NCBI GenBank assembly: GCA_964016885.1
Contig: OZ024743.1
Span: 217,310,001 to 217,374,000, forward strand
From: Eledone cirrhosa
Lineage: Eukaryota
Direction of reading: 5' to 3'
DNA: 64,000 nucleotides
The notes beneath the pieces are model-generated. The model saw nothing but the letters and a program-made list of their open reading frames with translations, was not told where the DNA came from and made no database searches. Positions 14,283-28,083 of the stretch are shown piece by piece; position 1 is the first letter of the stretch; every line of letters begins with the position of its first letter. The position numbers were made by a program, and so were the translations under genes.

Positions 14283-14816
14283 TAATGAGAACATATATAC
14301 CATTAAAATCAGTGCAATTTTCGTTGATTTCTTAAAAGAAAAGAAGTCATTGCAAGAAATTCAATTCAAATATGAAAGAGAGCATTCAACCAAACTAGGT
14401 CATTGCAGGAAACACGACACTGACAACAATGTAATCTCTTCATTAGTTTCTAGTTTCATGATCTGAATAATACAGAAATAATGGAATGAACTGCAAATTA
14501 CAGTTAAGATTATAGGGATAAAAAGAAAATTTGAATCGTAACAGCTAAATGAAGGATATGAATTCTATATTTCCGTTATATCTCATTTAGTAAAATAGAT
14601 TGTTGTATTGACGAAGCAGTGTTCCTTTTATTGCTCTCTTCACATTATCGATTCCCGTAATAAGAACAAGGTTAATTGGTAATATAACAATGTACATATT
14701 CAGAGAAAGAGCTGAAACTTCGAAGTCACAGCCTCCTTTTTCTTCGAAAAATATAACGTGTACTGAAACCGTTCCGTGTATGCCTGAACATAAAAATAAA
14801 CTTTCTACACACGCAT

Positions 14817-14874
<58 letters not shown>

Positions 14875-15576
14875 ACACACATTATATATACATACATACA
14901 TGTGTGTGTTTATGCGTCGGTCTTCTGCACAATTTTACTCTGCTAGAATTCATTGTCAATGTACTGTACAATCTGAGTAATGTCCTTAAAAAAACTTTAA
15001 GAAAAAGTCATATTTTTTTAAATATCAAAAAGCTAAAATTAATGACAGTTGCAGAGTAAAAGCAGCAAAACCTTCATCTTCTGACAACGCAAATATGCAT
15101 GCAATTGCACACATTTTATTGGATGATTTCCTCGCCGAGATTTACGCTACAGACAATATAAATTTCTGTCTATATTGATGTATTATTGATTTCATGCGGG
15201 GTCTTGGATTATGGAGGTTAAATGAATTGATCATCGTATATACCTTAGAAATTGAATTCGTCTATATGTAGTCTATTTCCATAAATATTAAAGCATCATT
15301 CAGTGGTGTATGGGTAGGTTAAATTGGAAGCTTACAAGTATATGCGTTATCTAATATAGCGATGCATTAAGTAACGAATATATTTGTAAATTGCGTGGGC
15401 CGGGGTTTTTATATATATATGTGTGTGAGTATATATATATATATATGTACATATATATACAAACATATATATATATATGTATGTATTTGTATATGTATGT
15501 ATAGTCCCACCCTTGCAAGCAGGGAAAAGCGGACGTAAAATAATGATGATGATGATGATGATGATGATATATATGC

Positions 15577-15705
<129 letters not shown>

Positions 15706-16119
15706 TGTGTGTGTATGCGCGCACACACCCTCTATGTCCTCTTCCTCACATATCACTAACACAATGTTCAATCGGTTTTCGTCGTTTACAATACAACGCT
15801 CCCTCCATATTCCAACCCACCGTCCCTTACTTTAAATGAGTCGCTAACAAGCGTCATCTATTCATTCGCACCGCAACTTTTTTATTATTACAAATCGGGA
15901 TTATTCTTTTGCAACTCAACACTCGCAACACTCGCTTTAACATCCACAATAAGACCATTCACCTTGTGCCCTACACAATTCTCCTTTCTTATCACTGAAC
16001 ATTTCCACTGAGTCACAAGATGTATCGCCTGTTGCATTGCTCTCAGATATATTGAAGAGATCGCTTGCACGTTAGCAGATGTATTCGACAACCTTCTGCG
16101 ACACACGTGTTTAAATAAT

Positions 16120-16300
16120 TGTTTCTACTCTTGACACGAGGCCAGCAATTACCCTGTGCATTACTAGTACATTATTTCATCGATCCCGTAAGGATGAAGG
16201 CAAAGTTAACCTCGGCGGGATTTGAACTCAGAATGGAAAGGGCCGTAACTCTATGCGTCAAAGCATGGCGTCCGACCCTTTACCGATACAGCCAAACGAT
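16120..16300 (-). mobile_element. SINE copy with TSD
   Basis: Full family sequence with flanking direct repeat acg(t/c)gtttaaataat at 16105-16119 and 16301-16315. Confidence 0.85.
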
Positions 16301-16613
16301 ACGCGTTTAAATAATACTACATATTTTGTTGACCGCCTCATCCCACTCAGTCCCCACATCTGAGTCAGGGTTGTATCTTTACACTAAATCTCCTGCTTCA
16401 GACCATTGAACAGTATAGAGATGTTTTTACTGCCTGCATTCTTACAACTTTTCTATCACTCCCTATCGCTTCTCACAGAATGTAGCTCTTCAATTATTTC
16501 CTATCACAAATTGTTTCTACATCAATCAGATGAGGTTTGATCATGATATCGCATCCCGACGCTTAATCGACACTCTTTTAAACATACTGCATATACATAT
16601 ATAACTATATATA

Positions 16614-16711
<98 letters not shown>

Positions 16712-16759
16712 TGTGTGTGTGTGTGTGTGTGTGTCTATATATAGCTGTATATGTATATG

Positions 16760-17360
16760 TCAGGTCACCAGTTGGTGCTACTGGTAACATGTATCCCAGT
16801 ACAACCTGTCCCATGGTCGGGTCGTTGGCGACTAAACTGGCAACCCCACCAAGGTTTCTTGGTGAGGAGGGTGACTTTGGACATCCTGCCGGACTAAAAA
16901 CAAAACCTGTCAAAGGGCAAAGGAGCTCTTAAGAGTCAATAGCCGTCCAAAATCACTGGGAGAAATGACCCCTTAGCCTTTGTCAAGGCAGAATTCTAGG
17001 AGAAGGAAAACTCTGATATAACACCTGCAACTCTGATGGTATCCAATGATGTTGACTTCTTCTTTTTGGTAAATATCATCTTGGTTAAGAGAGTGGGACT
17101 GGCTTTGTGCAGTGCCTTTGCTCACTATAAAAGCTTCACGACACAGGCATTGCTTTATATCTGAGATCTCTCTGCACTTGTCGTCACATGGTACCATGGG
17201 TCTAGCACTGTGTCAATAATTGTCACAAGTGTAGTGTTTGTACCAGAGTTTTCAAGTCGCTGGCTGGACTAAAGTCACATTCGTTCAGCGCTTTGGTAGG
17301 AGTTCTCCTACATGGATATAAAGTAGTGGCCGTACTCGAAAACGAGTTGGCAGTCACCAT
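16760..17360 (+). mobile_element. Interspersed repeat resembling an RTE-type LINE 5'UTR; second copy at 37528-37925
   Basis: 16958-17342 is near-identical to 37530-37924. Contains AGAAGGAAAACTCTGA, which I recall from RTE 5'UTRs (family assignment tentative). Confidence 0.65.
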
Positions 17361-17493
17361 ATGTATATGTAGTATATTAAAAAGAGTATATATGAAGTAA
17401 TATAATATATATATATATTTTTTTTTTCCCACTAACTCCCTCACTACCTCTCGGTGTTCCTCCTCCTCCTCATCTTTCTCCTTTCCACCACTC

Positions 17494-17525
17494 TCCTGAT
17501 AAAGGGCTTATGCCCGAAATGTTGC
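17494..17525 (+). ncRNA. Decayed hammerhead, same family as 41427-41458
   Basis: CTGATAA-a-gggc ttat gccc-GAAA-tgtt. Downstream flank is homologous to 41459-41530. Confidence 0.45.
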
Positions 17526-17604
17526 CCCCACACTCCCACTCTCTATAAGCGTGAACCTAATACCTTCCGTACTTGTACTCCTGTGTTGTTGTTTTTTTAC
17601 TTTC

Positions 17605-17647
<43 letters not shown>

Positions 17648-18149
17648 CGTGTGTGGGTGTGTGGGTGTTTGTGTGTGTGTGTGGGTATGTGTGTGTGTGT
17701 GTGTGTCTGCGCGTGTTTGTTTGTATGTAAATTTGTAAGTTTCAGTTTATTTAAATACACACTTGCGCATTTTATATATATGAATATGTATTTAACTTAT
17801 ACCTCTGTTGCTTAGTGTGCAATTGAATATCAAATTGATTTAGCCACTACCGTAGGCGCAAATATTATGCATATTTATAATGTGCTGATAATACAATATT
17901 TCTTAACTTAAAATGCTACTGATTGCTCAACTCCCAGGAGTAAGATATGGATAAGTGTCGATAATCTTGGGAGATTGTTCACTAAATTTCGGTTGTTGAC
18001 GAATTAAGAAAAATTACACGTTTACATATTTCAGCGCATGTAGTTGCCTCCGTAGAGAGCATCAGGGTTCAATTCCTTACTCTCCATGAATGGATATATA
18101 TTTAGAATACAGATGATCACGGAATTAACAGTATATACACTTACACGTG

Positions 18150-18184
<35 letters not shown>

Positions 18185-18377
18185 CTGTGTCTGTGTGTGT
18201 GTGTGTGTGTGTGTGTTTGGAAGTATAAAGCCGAAAGACCAAAGAAGGGTTAATGTTATAGCATTTATTGGATTTATGAAGGTTTCATTAGAATTACAAA
18301 ACTAAATATTGAATTCCTGCAAGTATATGTCCTCAGAATCATTCAAATACGAATCATATTTATATATGACTATATAT

Positions 18378-18476
<99 letters not shown>

Positions 18477-18509
18477 ATATATATATATATAATATATATA
18501 TATATATAT

Positions 18510-18542
<33 letters not shown>

Positions 18543-18594
18543 GTGCATATATATATAATATATATATATGTACATATATATATTATTATTATTA

Positions 18595-18772
18595 TGGCCG
18601 TGGATTGGCAGTATAGGTAGAAGGTCGAACGTTATCCTTTACAGCAGTGTTACGTTCTTAACGTTCTGAGTTGGAATCCCGCCAAGGTTAACTTTGCCTT
18701 TCATCCTTACGGGGTCGATAAAATAAAGTACACTGGGATAATTGCTGGCCTTGTGCCAAAAGTAGAAACAAT
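18595..18772 (+). mobile_element. SINE copy, near full length
   Basis: GGCCGTGGATTGGCAGTATAGGTAG head, family core and 3' end. Confidence 0.85.
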
Positions 18773-19124
18773 TATTATATATACATTCTTATATGTTTTG
18801 GCTTGTACATTTTTATATGTTTTGGCCATAGAAGCACATTGGCATACGGTTGGATAATACTTGTATCCCTATATGTATTTTTTACACGTAGGAACACATA
18901 GTTCATTATTATTAATCACCCCTAAGTTTGAGATAACATTTGGTCGTTTGAACTGCTGCTATTTCTAGTGGCAGGACATTGACCTGTCCACCCTGCCTTC
19001 TCTCTTTACACACGGCACTAGACAAATTTGTTTTTTTCCTCATTCACTTTCATCTGGGAACAGTTTTGTATGGTGTCAGTTTGTGATTTGAACTCGGGAA
19101 TTTTATATTCTCCGAGCGAGAAGA

Positions 19125-19208
19125 GCCTTCTGAAGAGAGTCCCCTTCTCAAAGGTAATCCGCTTGGAATATCCGTTTATTTGGGGATTTGAAACCGCGCC
19201 GTAAAGGC
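19125..19208 (+). ncRNA. Hammerhead ribozyme, type I with long loop 2
   Basis: Stem I gcctt/aaggc, CTGAAGA, stem II gagtcccc/ggggattt, GAAA, near-palindromic stem III ccgcgccg, GTA triplet. Confidence 0.75.
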
Positions 19209-19373
19209 ACATATAGTAAGTAAGAGCGAACTTTTTTTAATTTATTTTCAAACTTTTTCTCTATTTGCTAGACCTTGATTTTTTATATATACATAAATAT
19301 ATATCGTATCCCTGAAATATGTATAATGAAATAAATATGGTTTTATAAATATAGTTTCCACTTGTTTAATATC

Positions 19374-19452
<79 letters not shown>

Positions 19453-19506
19453 TATATATATATATATTATATTATATATATATATATTATATATATATAT
19501 ATATAT

Positions 19507-19609
<103 letters not shown>

Positions 19610-21899
19610 TGCGTGTGTGTCCCAGCCGTCCTTGTCTTGCAAATGTTAAACAGCCAGAAGAACGGCAGCGAGCTCACCTATATCGAATGGCTTGTGAAGG
19701 TTATAAGACAATTACAATTTAAAACATTGTATATATTACAAAATTAATTATCTCCATTAGCATGTAGGACTACACAGGTACAACCAGAATATAACCTCTT
19801 CTAATTTCATATCTCTATCAACAATTTCACTTATACTACATATAGTGAAATGTTTAGTTATAGAGCTGATTATCAGAATTGATTTAATGAAAGAAAACAT
19901 TACTTGCTGCATGTAGTTGCGCATCTTTACGTTCTTATTCGAAATGCAGTTAATGCCAACTTTGCCAGTTCGCCTCCTTACGGCGTTAAACGTACCTCTT
20001 CTCCAAATTTAATGGACGTCTGTCAATTTTGAAATTAACAATTAAAAGTTTATTTAAATCGGAATGTATAATTTATAAAAATAAAATGAATTATTTGAAT
20101 TGGCTTTGTTCCATACGTAACAGCTAATGCATAACAAATTCGAATAAAATCTTTATTAATTAAATGAATTAATTTATTTAAGCAGCGGTACTAAATTAAT
20201 ATAATCAGTTCAGTAATCTCATAATGTTTTTCATAAACGACTTGAATTTATCGTAAATAATGAATTGGCTTCAAGTGATAAGATGAGCAAATCTTTATTC
20301 ACGAAATCGTCAGAGACGCATAGAACGAGTGAATATTAAATTGAGTCATATATTAGTCTCCCGCTAAATGTGTTGGTGTTTATCTTTCTGTAACACGCTT
20401 CATTCCACAAGCCAAAATCGTTATGTCTATTTAAGATATTCGCATTAAATTGAATAATATATTTTTGTAACGGAAGCATTTAGTATTTTGAAGAAAGCAG
20501 TTGCTCTTGGCAGTATTGACACGTTCATTAGAATGATTCTGCACATAAATCCTATTGAGATATTTAAGCTAAATAAATGGAACTTGTCTTATGTGAAATA
20601 AATAATAGAAATATGGACGTTAAAATATTATAATCGCTTTGCAGAACTAGAAATGTTTCTTACTGTATGTACGGTTTTATCTGAATATGTGTAACTTAAT
20701 TAAAAATTGAATAAACACTTATATACGATAAATTTGGAATAGGATTATATCCTGAAGTGGAATATTTAATATCTATATGAGAATGGTGTTGAACCAGCTC
20801 GGTTCCAAACAAACATACCTGATGAAATATGTTACAACTATAAACATCTGAATTTCTTTATTCAGCACCCCATTATTATGATTGACAAGGCCCCAGATCT
20901 CAAACAATTATAGCAGAAAGAGCAAAGTGAATATATTATGTGTTCAAGCACATAATGTATCACAATGTCCGATAATCAACTCGCAACCTCATGATTGGGA
21001 ATCCAGTTCTATAACCACTAAGCCATGAACTTTTACGGTTTAGCGTATTCTTTAACGTTGATGTTCATTTCTTGATTCTTATATATTAGACTTTATCAGA
21101 TTAACGTGGATTAAGAGGTAGAGCTATGATATGTATGTATTTATTGAAAGTTATAAGAAGGTTCTTGTTGCGATACACAAGCCGATATTGCATACACGTT
21201 CCTTAGAATTCTGAAAATCTAATTATATACATACTATTTGTGACTATAGTACATAAGCTAGTTAATTTCGTTTTAAAATTGTCAGCGTTATCATTTACAT
21301 TTGCATATCATGGGATTCCATCGAAATCTGCATGTGTTATTTCAATTTGCTAAATATTTACATATGAGAGTTCATCGTAATATATAATTTTCTGTGTATT
21401 TTCAAAGATACCTGTAAAGAGAATTGTTATCTTCTCTCTCGGAAAAAAAACCAGTCACTCACGCGCACACATACACACGTATACGATCATATATACGTAC
21501 ATACATGCACACATATATACGCACACACACATATACACACACAATGGTATAAATAAAGAACAACATTTCCCGCATACGTGTTATCATCAAAATAAGTGTG
21601 TCCGAGTTCCAAGATTTTCGTGGAATGTTTTTCATATTTCCTTCAGTGGATGTGACATTTAATGTCGTGAAACGTTCTTCGTAGAAATGTTATTTATAGT
21701 GAGCAAATATGTACATTCTTTTGAAAAACAATAGCATACATAATATTAAGAAATAGAAGAATAGGAAATGTAAAAAAATTAATTGATCTATTCTTTTACG
21801 ATCATGCAGACCAATCAATTGGCTGTCATGCAACGCCTGCGGAAAAGGATATCTTCTAGTCTGGTGTCTACATTCAGAAACACTGGATGCATCACATTC

Positions 21900-21962
<63 letters not shown>

Positions 21963-22588
21963 GGTGTTCAAGTTTACTTGAAGCATTGTGAAATATGTAA
22001 AATATGTAGTTTAGAAAGCCACAACAATGCAGATGGGAAATCTCGAGGTAGGAAGTGAGTAAGAAATAGGAGTAAAGTGAAAAATGAGAGAAACGAAAAC
22101 AAAACAAAGGTAGAAGGATTACCGTAGTGGAGATTTAATCCCAATATTTCGGGCTCACGCCCATCAACGGGGGGAAAGTTCCAAAAGGGGGGGGGTGACA
22201 GGCTAAGCCGGTGAAAGTTGTTGTATTGTCGTTAAAACATAGGAATGCCGTTATGGGGAAAAATTCAAACGAGGGAAAGAGTGCGCGTGCGAGTGATAGG
22301 CTGTGGCAAAAGCTACTGACCAATTGGGTTAGATCAATAGGGTGCGCTAGCGCGTGAAAGCCGTAAAATATGTGTGTGTAAATATATATGTGTGTGTATA
22401 TGTGTATGTGTGTATGTATGTGAGTGTGTGGGTGTGTGAAAGATAGTGGGCCGTAGAAGCTGGAAATCAAAGGGTGTGAAAGGTGGTAGGTTGTATAAAC
22501 ACTCTGCAGGATTCTTCTGAAGTATAATATCAATCTAATAAAAAAAATATGGTTTTATAAAGATAGTTTCCATTTATTAATATTATTG

Positions 22589-22622
<34 letters not shown>

Positions 22623-22934
22623 ACCTATATCTGTGTGTGTGTGTGTGTGTGTATTTTTGAGATATATATCAATACAAATAATAACAATAATAATAATGTT
22701 AGATACCTCTGCAAGCAAACAGCCTCGTCACCTTATATTTCATTATAGATGACCAACATCATCCATTTGGTCATTGTTCTTTGTCAAGAACGTATACTTC
22801 TCTGTCACTCATTTGAAGTCCAGACTCTTCAGAAACGACAATAACCCATAAACATTTTGATTGTTTTTCGAGACAAATGTGGAACGATCGATGGTCATAA
22901 AAACAAAACATAGAGTAATGATGCTGTTTGTTTT

Positions 22935-23130
22935 AGTGGATTGGTAGTATAGGTAGAGGTTCGGACACTTTGCAGCATAGAGTTGCGGCCCCTGAATTCA
23001 AATTACACCGAGGTAACCTTTGTCTTGCATCCTTACGGGTTCGATAAAATAAATCACCAGTAAGTAGTGGGGACGATTTACATGACTTTCTCCTCCCCTA
23101 CAAATTCCTGGCCTTGTGCTTAAATCAGAA
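22935..23130 (+). mobile_element. Diverged SINE copy
   Basis: Family head, core (catccttacgggttcgataaaataaa) and 3' end. Confidence 0.75.
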
Positions 23131-23252
23131 ATTATTATTATCATCGTTATGTTATATAAATCTCATAAATACATTTATGTAATCCGCTATGTGAGTGCGA
23201 AAATTTATATTCGAATTTCGTTTACACACACAGAGGCACCCCCCCCCCCCAT

Positions 23253-23299
<47 letters not shown>

Positions 23300-23894
23300 T
23301 TAATAGGAAAAGAAGCCAAATATTCTGATATGTAATGAATCATCTATTGAATGCTTGGAAGATTAATATGTGTTTCAATGCTTTAAATAAGCGGCATGTG
23401 AAATGTGCATTATTACATAATCCATTATTCAACACGGGCCTTTCTCTGAAGGAATATGTTAAATACTAGTGAGCAGATGCAGTAAAGGATTATATAATGT
23501 AGTTTTCACAAGCCGATTATGTAGCGCATTGAAACATCTGTAAGACATTCCAGTATTCAATAAATGATTCATTTTGTATTAGCATATGTGTCTTGTTTTT
23601 CTATTAATATTTATATTTAAAACTTCGCGGATTACCCATATTGACCTGATTGGTCTTACTTGATATTACAACTAATATTACTAAGTATTAGAAGTACCCC
23701 GTCCTACTCACTAGGTCGAGCAAAAGCAAACCAGTAAGTCGCTTATCCTTTTGGTATATGAAAAACCAAAAGTATAATAACTGATGAAAGCCTTCAAAAA
23801 ACTGTTATCAGTTACTTATCTCCAATATATATATATTATTATAATCAGCTCCTGATTATTACTGGAATTTTATAAGAATCCTTAGGGGGTGCGT

Positions 23895-23936
23895 GGTTCT
23901 GATGATCGCCAACCAGCCTGAAACAGACTGTTAGCT
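23895..23936 (+). ncRNA. Probable hammerhead (weak stems)
   Basis: ggtt-CTGATGA-tcgccaaccagcct-GAAA-cagactg-TT-agct. Confidence 0.5.
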
Positions 23937-24556
23937 TCTCGGTTTTCTTTCTCCGAAAAGAAGTAAGTGACATAGTCACTACTTTAAAACCGATAGCGTA
24001 TGCTCTTCTAAACGTTTTTAATTAAATATGCGGTATATTGCCAAATATACTATACATACATACATATATATTTCTTCCTCTCCCTTTCTTCCTCTCACTT
24101 TCACCCCTTCGTCTGACCGTTTAGCAGTTCTCTTCTCACTTACAACTGCGGCGATCGGACGTGTGTCTGGTTTCTCTTGATTACTCGGTCTCGAACTTAA
24201 GTTCTCTTATCGAGTAGTCTTGGATTTCCTACCTACACAAGCACTTTGCTTGGTTTGTGTTTTTTTTTCTCGCTGTTTTGTTACTGTTTCTCTTTTCTTC
24301 TCCTTTGCTTTCCTTCCCTCTTTCCTTCGTTTTCCCAATAATTTATCCGGTTATTGACGCCCTGAGGCGAGTGGTATCTTGTCTTTAAAGCGTAGAAATA
24401 TCCTAGACCCCCAGTAGACAACTGATGAGGAAACTCCCCTCCCTCCTGTTCTTGCTTTCTTCGTATACCTTAAATAGCAACTACACAGCCATTTTTATTC
24501 TCCATATGTTTCATCATCTTTATATATATATATATAGATAGATAGATAGATAGATA

Positions 24557-24683
24557 GATAGGAAAATAGTCAGGACCCCGACGGCTGAGCTCCGGCTGTT
24601 TCGACAGCTAGATACGAACGTTCGGATCTAGCAGTTAGAAATTACCGGGCCTCAGCCGTCGGGGTCCTGACTCTTTTCCTATC
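24557..24683. repeat. About 125-bp fold-back palindrome
   Basis: gataggaaaa.agtcaggaccccgacggctgag / ctcagccgtcggggtcctgact.ttttcctatc, centred on GAACGTTC. A related sequence lies at 32480-32615. Confidence 0.85.
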
Positions 24684-24794
24684 ACCCTCTCTATGACCCT
24701 AAGTATTGAGTACTCTGATGTGTTTTGGTCCAACTGGTATCTTACCACACTTTCTTTGTAAATATATATATATATGTGTGTGTGGATGTATGTG

Positions 24795-24886
<92 letters not shown>

Positions 24887-24953
24887 AGAATAATTTCGAA
24901 ACAGCGAGTGGATTTGAAATTATTAGAAATGTTAGCTATCGCCGTATTTTGAC

Positions 24954-25112
<159 letters not shown>

Positions 25113-25249
25113 AAACAGGGAGAAAAAGATGATTATTAGGAAGAAAAATATATTTTTTTCCTTTTTACTTTTTTCTCTCTTTATTCTGGGTTAGAAAATG
25201 ATTAAAACGAAATATTTTACTTTGTCTCTAGTGTTAAGGTGTTAGTTGA

Positions 25250-25930
25250 TTTATTTATTAATTAACAATGGCATTTATTTATTTATTTATATATTTAATA
25301 ATTGTCTATTACCGGTTTCAGCATTGTTATGCATTATCAAATGATAATATTATGTATTGGTGTAGAATTGTGGTGTTGGACATTTTAAAGAAATGGTGCA
25401 GAAAGAATCATGTTATTTACAAACAAGTTTTATGAAGTGAAAAGTAAAAAGAAAAAAAACGGAGGTAATGTGGAGCATAATAAGTCAATGTGAAAGAAAA
25501 AAATGATGTTATTTACAGGCATAGTTCTTGAAGATGAGCAGATCAAAATGTGTTAATATAGCAAGAGTGCTTAGTTGATCCATGATAGAGGCAAATGGTG
25601 GACCGTCGTTTAATATGATTTCCCTTTTTAGAGAGTTAATATGCAGAGGGAGATAATTCAGGGTGGGGGAGAAATGGTAGGTGGTATTTAATTTATTAAA
25701 GAAAAAGGATTAGGTAGGGTGTAAGGGAGGTAACTCTTTAGAGAGATAGGTGTTTATAAATGTTTCATTGTTCGTTCCAGTTTTAGTTTAGTCCGAGGTT
25801 TAGTGCATTAAGTAGAGGTTAGAATTTGTTAATGAAATACGTTTCCTTATTTGTACGATGGCTGAGAGTAGCGTTGTCTTAACACAAAGTAAAATATTTC
25901 GTTTTAATCATTTACTAACCAAGAAAAAAG
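25250..25930 (-). mobile_element. Decayed PLE 3' fragment (GIY-YIG C-terminus plus decayed HHR)
   Basis: Minus strand near 25800-25865 reads HRTNKETYFINKF*PLLN (R..E..FI....P.LN motif). Decayed HHR tTGATAA-tgcat aaca atgct-GAAA-ccgg-TA at about 25307-25345. Confidence 0.5.
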
Positions 25931-26169
25931 AGAGAGAAAAAATAAAAACGAAAAAAAAAATGTTTCTTCCTAATAATCATCGTTTTCTCCCTGTTTTCAT
26001 ATATATATATAGAGAGAGAGAGATTTTGAGTTTATGTTGGTTGTATACCAACACCTCAGTATGCAGGCTGGAGCACTCGACAAAGTGCGCAGGTTGGTTT
26101 GGTTACTCCGGAGTAGTGTAAAATAAAGTTAAATAAAAGTCAAATGATTAAAATTTAGCTTCGTTTATT

Positions 26170-26224
26170 ACTGCTATATATATTTCAGTGACAGCCATCT
26201 TTGGCTGTGACCTCTTCAGGCAGT
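26170..26224 (-). ncRNA. Hammerhead ribozyme, type I minimal
   Basis: Exact reverse complement of 26374-26428. Confidence 0.85.
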
Positions 26225-26373
26225 TTGAATTAGTATGGTATAGACAAGTACATATGTTGTTTAGGTGTATGATATTGTCAATACTCTGATATGCCCAGTT
26301 CCTTGCTGTCAGAGTATTGACAATATCATACACCTAAACAACATATGTACTTGTCTATACCATACTAATTCAA

Positions 26374-26428
26374 ACTGCCTGAAGAGGTCACAGCCAAAGA
26401 TGGCTGTCACTGAAATATATATAGCAGT
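26374..26428 (+). ncRNA. Hammerhead ribozyme, type I minimal
   Basis: Stem I actgc/gcagt, CTGAAGA, stem II ggtcacagcca/tggctgtcact, GAAA, stem III tatata. Predicted cut after 26423. Confidence 0.85.
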
Positions 26429-26472
26429 AATAAACGAATCTAAATTTTAATCATTTGACTTTTATTTAACTT

Positions 26473-26540
<68 letters not shown>

Positions 26541-26585
26541 ATATATCCTAACTCGTGTGCTTCCTCTCCACATTTTATTATTATC

Positions 26586-26659
<74 letters not shown>

Positions 26660-26662
<3 letters not shown>

Positions 26663-27530
26663 CGTTTCTGAATTTGTTTAGCAAGATTATTTATCTGAAA
26701 ACGTGTGTTGAAACCGATATTGTTATAGTTTGGGAGGGTCATGTTGCCAATAAGAAACACACGCACCAGTTGCTTTCACTCCAATTTATTATAAATTAAA
26801 TTTATAAATTTAGGAATTTATAAATTTCCGGTTGGTTGGTTGGTTCCACAACCAGATGATTGTTCATATATTGTCAAAGTTCTTTCCTCACACATTCTGT
26901 GACCTCTTCAGTGACTGGGGATTCTTTTCTTTGTTTTTGTGCTTCTCCTTTGCTCTGTCCTACGCCATCTTGTTTCTGTGTGTGGTGTATGCTTAGTTTG
27001 CGTATGTGTTACATCCGGGTGTCTATGTGTGTTTATATTTGTTTATTTATTTGTTTATTTACATGTTACTGGTTGGTTGTTTGTTCTATGTGTGTGTGTG
27101 TTCATTTTGTCCTTAATTGTAAGTTGTGATGTTGCTATTACATTCACGTTTTCTATCTAATTTGGTTGGAGTTCATTTATGTTTATTGCCTCTGTGATTT
27201 GTCTAAACATTGCGTCTTTTCTGTGTGTAGATTGTATTTTTATTTCTATGTTCTCTAATTTGCCATTATGTTCTATTTTAGCATGTTGGTAGAGTACAGA
27301 TGATTCTTTACTATCTTGAAGCTCTCGCCAGTGTTCATTTAACCGTTCTCCTATACTACGAGCTGTCTCTCCTATGTACACTATATTCTTATCTCTACAT
27401 TCTCCTTCAGTACATCTTATGCTATATACTACATTTCTAGTTTTACAGTTAATATGGGGGCTTAGTTTACAGATTATGCATTTCTTATCTATACAGGGAG
27501 GTCTTTGAAAAGGGTATGTATTGCTAATAA
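26660..27530 (-). mobile_element. 5'-truncated Penelope-like element (GIY-YIG plus pLTR), same family as 57950-58990
   Basis: GIY-YIG remnant 27157-27530, 3'UTR, HHR-like motif 26873-26915. Bounded by (TA)n on both sides. Confidence 0.9.
27157..27530 (-). pseudogene. PLE GIY-YIG endonuclease fragment with Cys-rich linker
   Basis: CIICK..NCKTRNVVYSIRC...C...YIGETARSIGERLNEH...R..TEAININELQP. The ORF start in the track comes from (TA)n. Confidence 0.9.
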
Positions 27531-27706
27531 GTGTGTATATATATATATATATGAAAGACGTATGCATCAGTATACATATGTTGGTAGATGTACTAATTAT
27601 TTATATATATATATATGTATATATATATATTTATATATATAGGTATATGTATACATATGTATGTATAAATATGTATATACAAATATATATACAAATACAC
27701 ACACAC

Positions 27707-27890
<184 letters not shown>

Positions 27891-28016
27891 GTAGGAGGTG
27901 AGTTTTATTGTAGTACAATAAAGCAATGCAGATATCGGATAAGAAGCACTCTACAGTTTGTAGGACTGGAGTATGCATAATATAAGATCAAAAGATGGTT
28001 AAAGGAGTTCCATGTA

Positions 28017-28083
28017 TTTTATTATGCGCATTTCAAAAACAAACATCATCATGCAATAATATTTGTGTTTTCATCAGATAAAA
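28017..28083 (-). ncRNA. Hammerhead ribozyme in 3' pLTR
   Basis: ttttat-CTGATGA-long stem II-GAAA-tgcgca-TA-ataaaa. Reverse complement of 30298-30364. Confidence 0.85.

Larger units (their letters stand above)
26030..26479. mobile_element. Near-perfect inverted-pLTR cassette with two opposite-strand HHRs
   Basis: Arms 26119-26289 and 26309-26479 (171 bp, one mismatch seen), 19-nt spacer, tail 26030-26118, (TA)n on the right. Confidence 0.85.

Noticed and set aside
16763-16850. Possible HDV-like or twister ribozyme at the 5' end of the RTE-like repeat
   Set aside because: Several stems and a CTAA linker are visible, but I could not assemble a valid P1/P3/L3 double pseudoknot or twister core by eye.
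26148-26450. Twin 61-aa ORFs on opposite strands
   Set aside because: A by-product of the palindrome with no coding signal.
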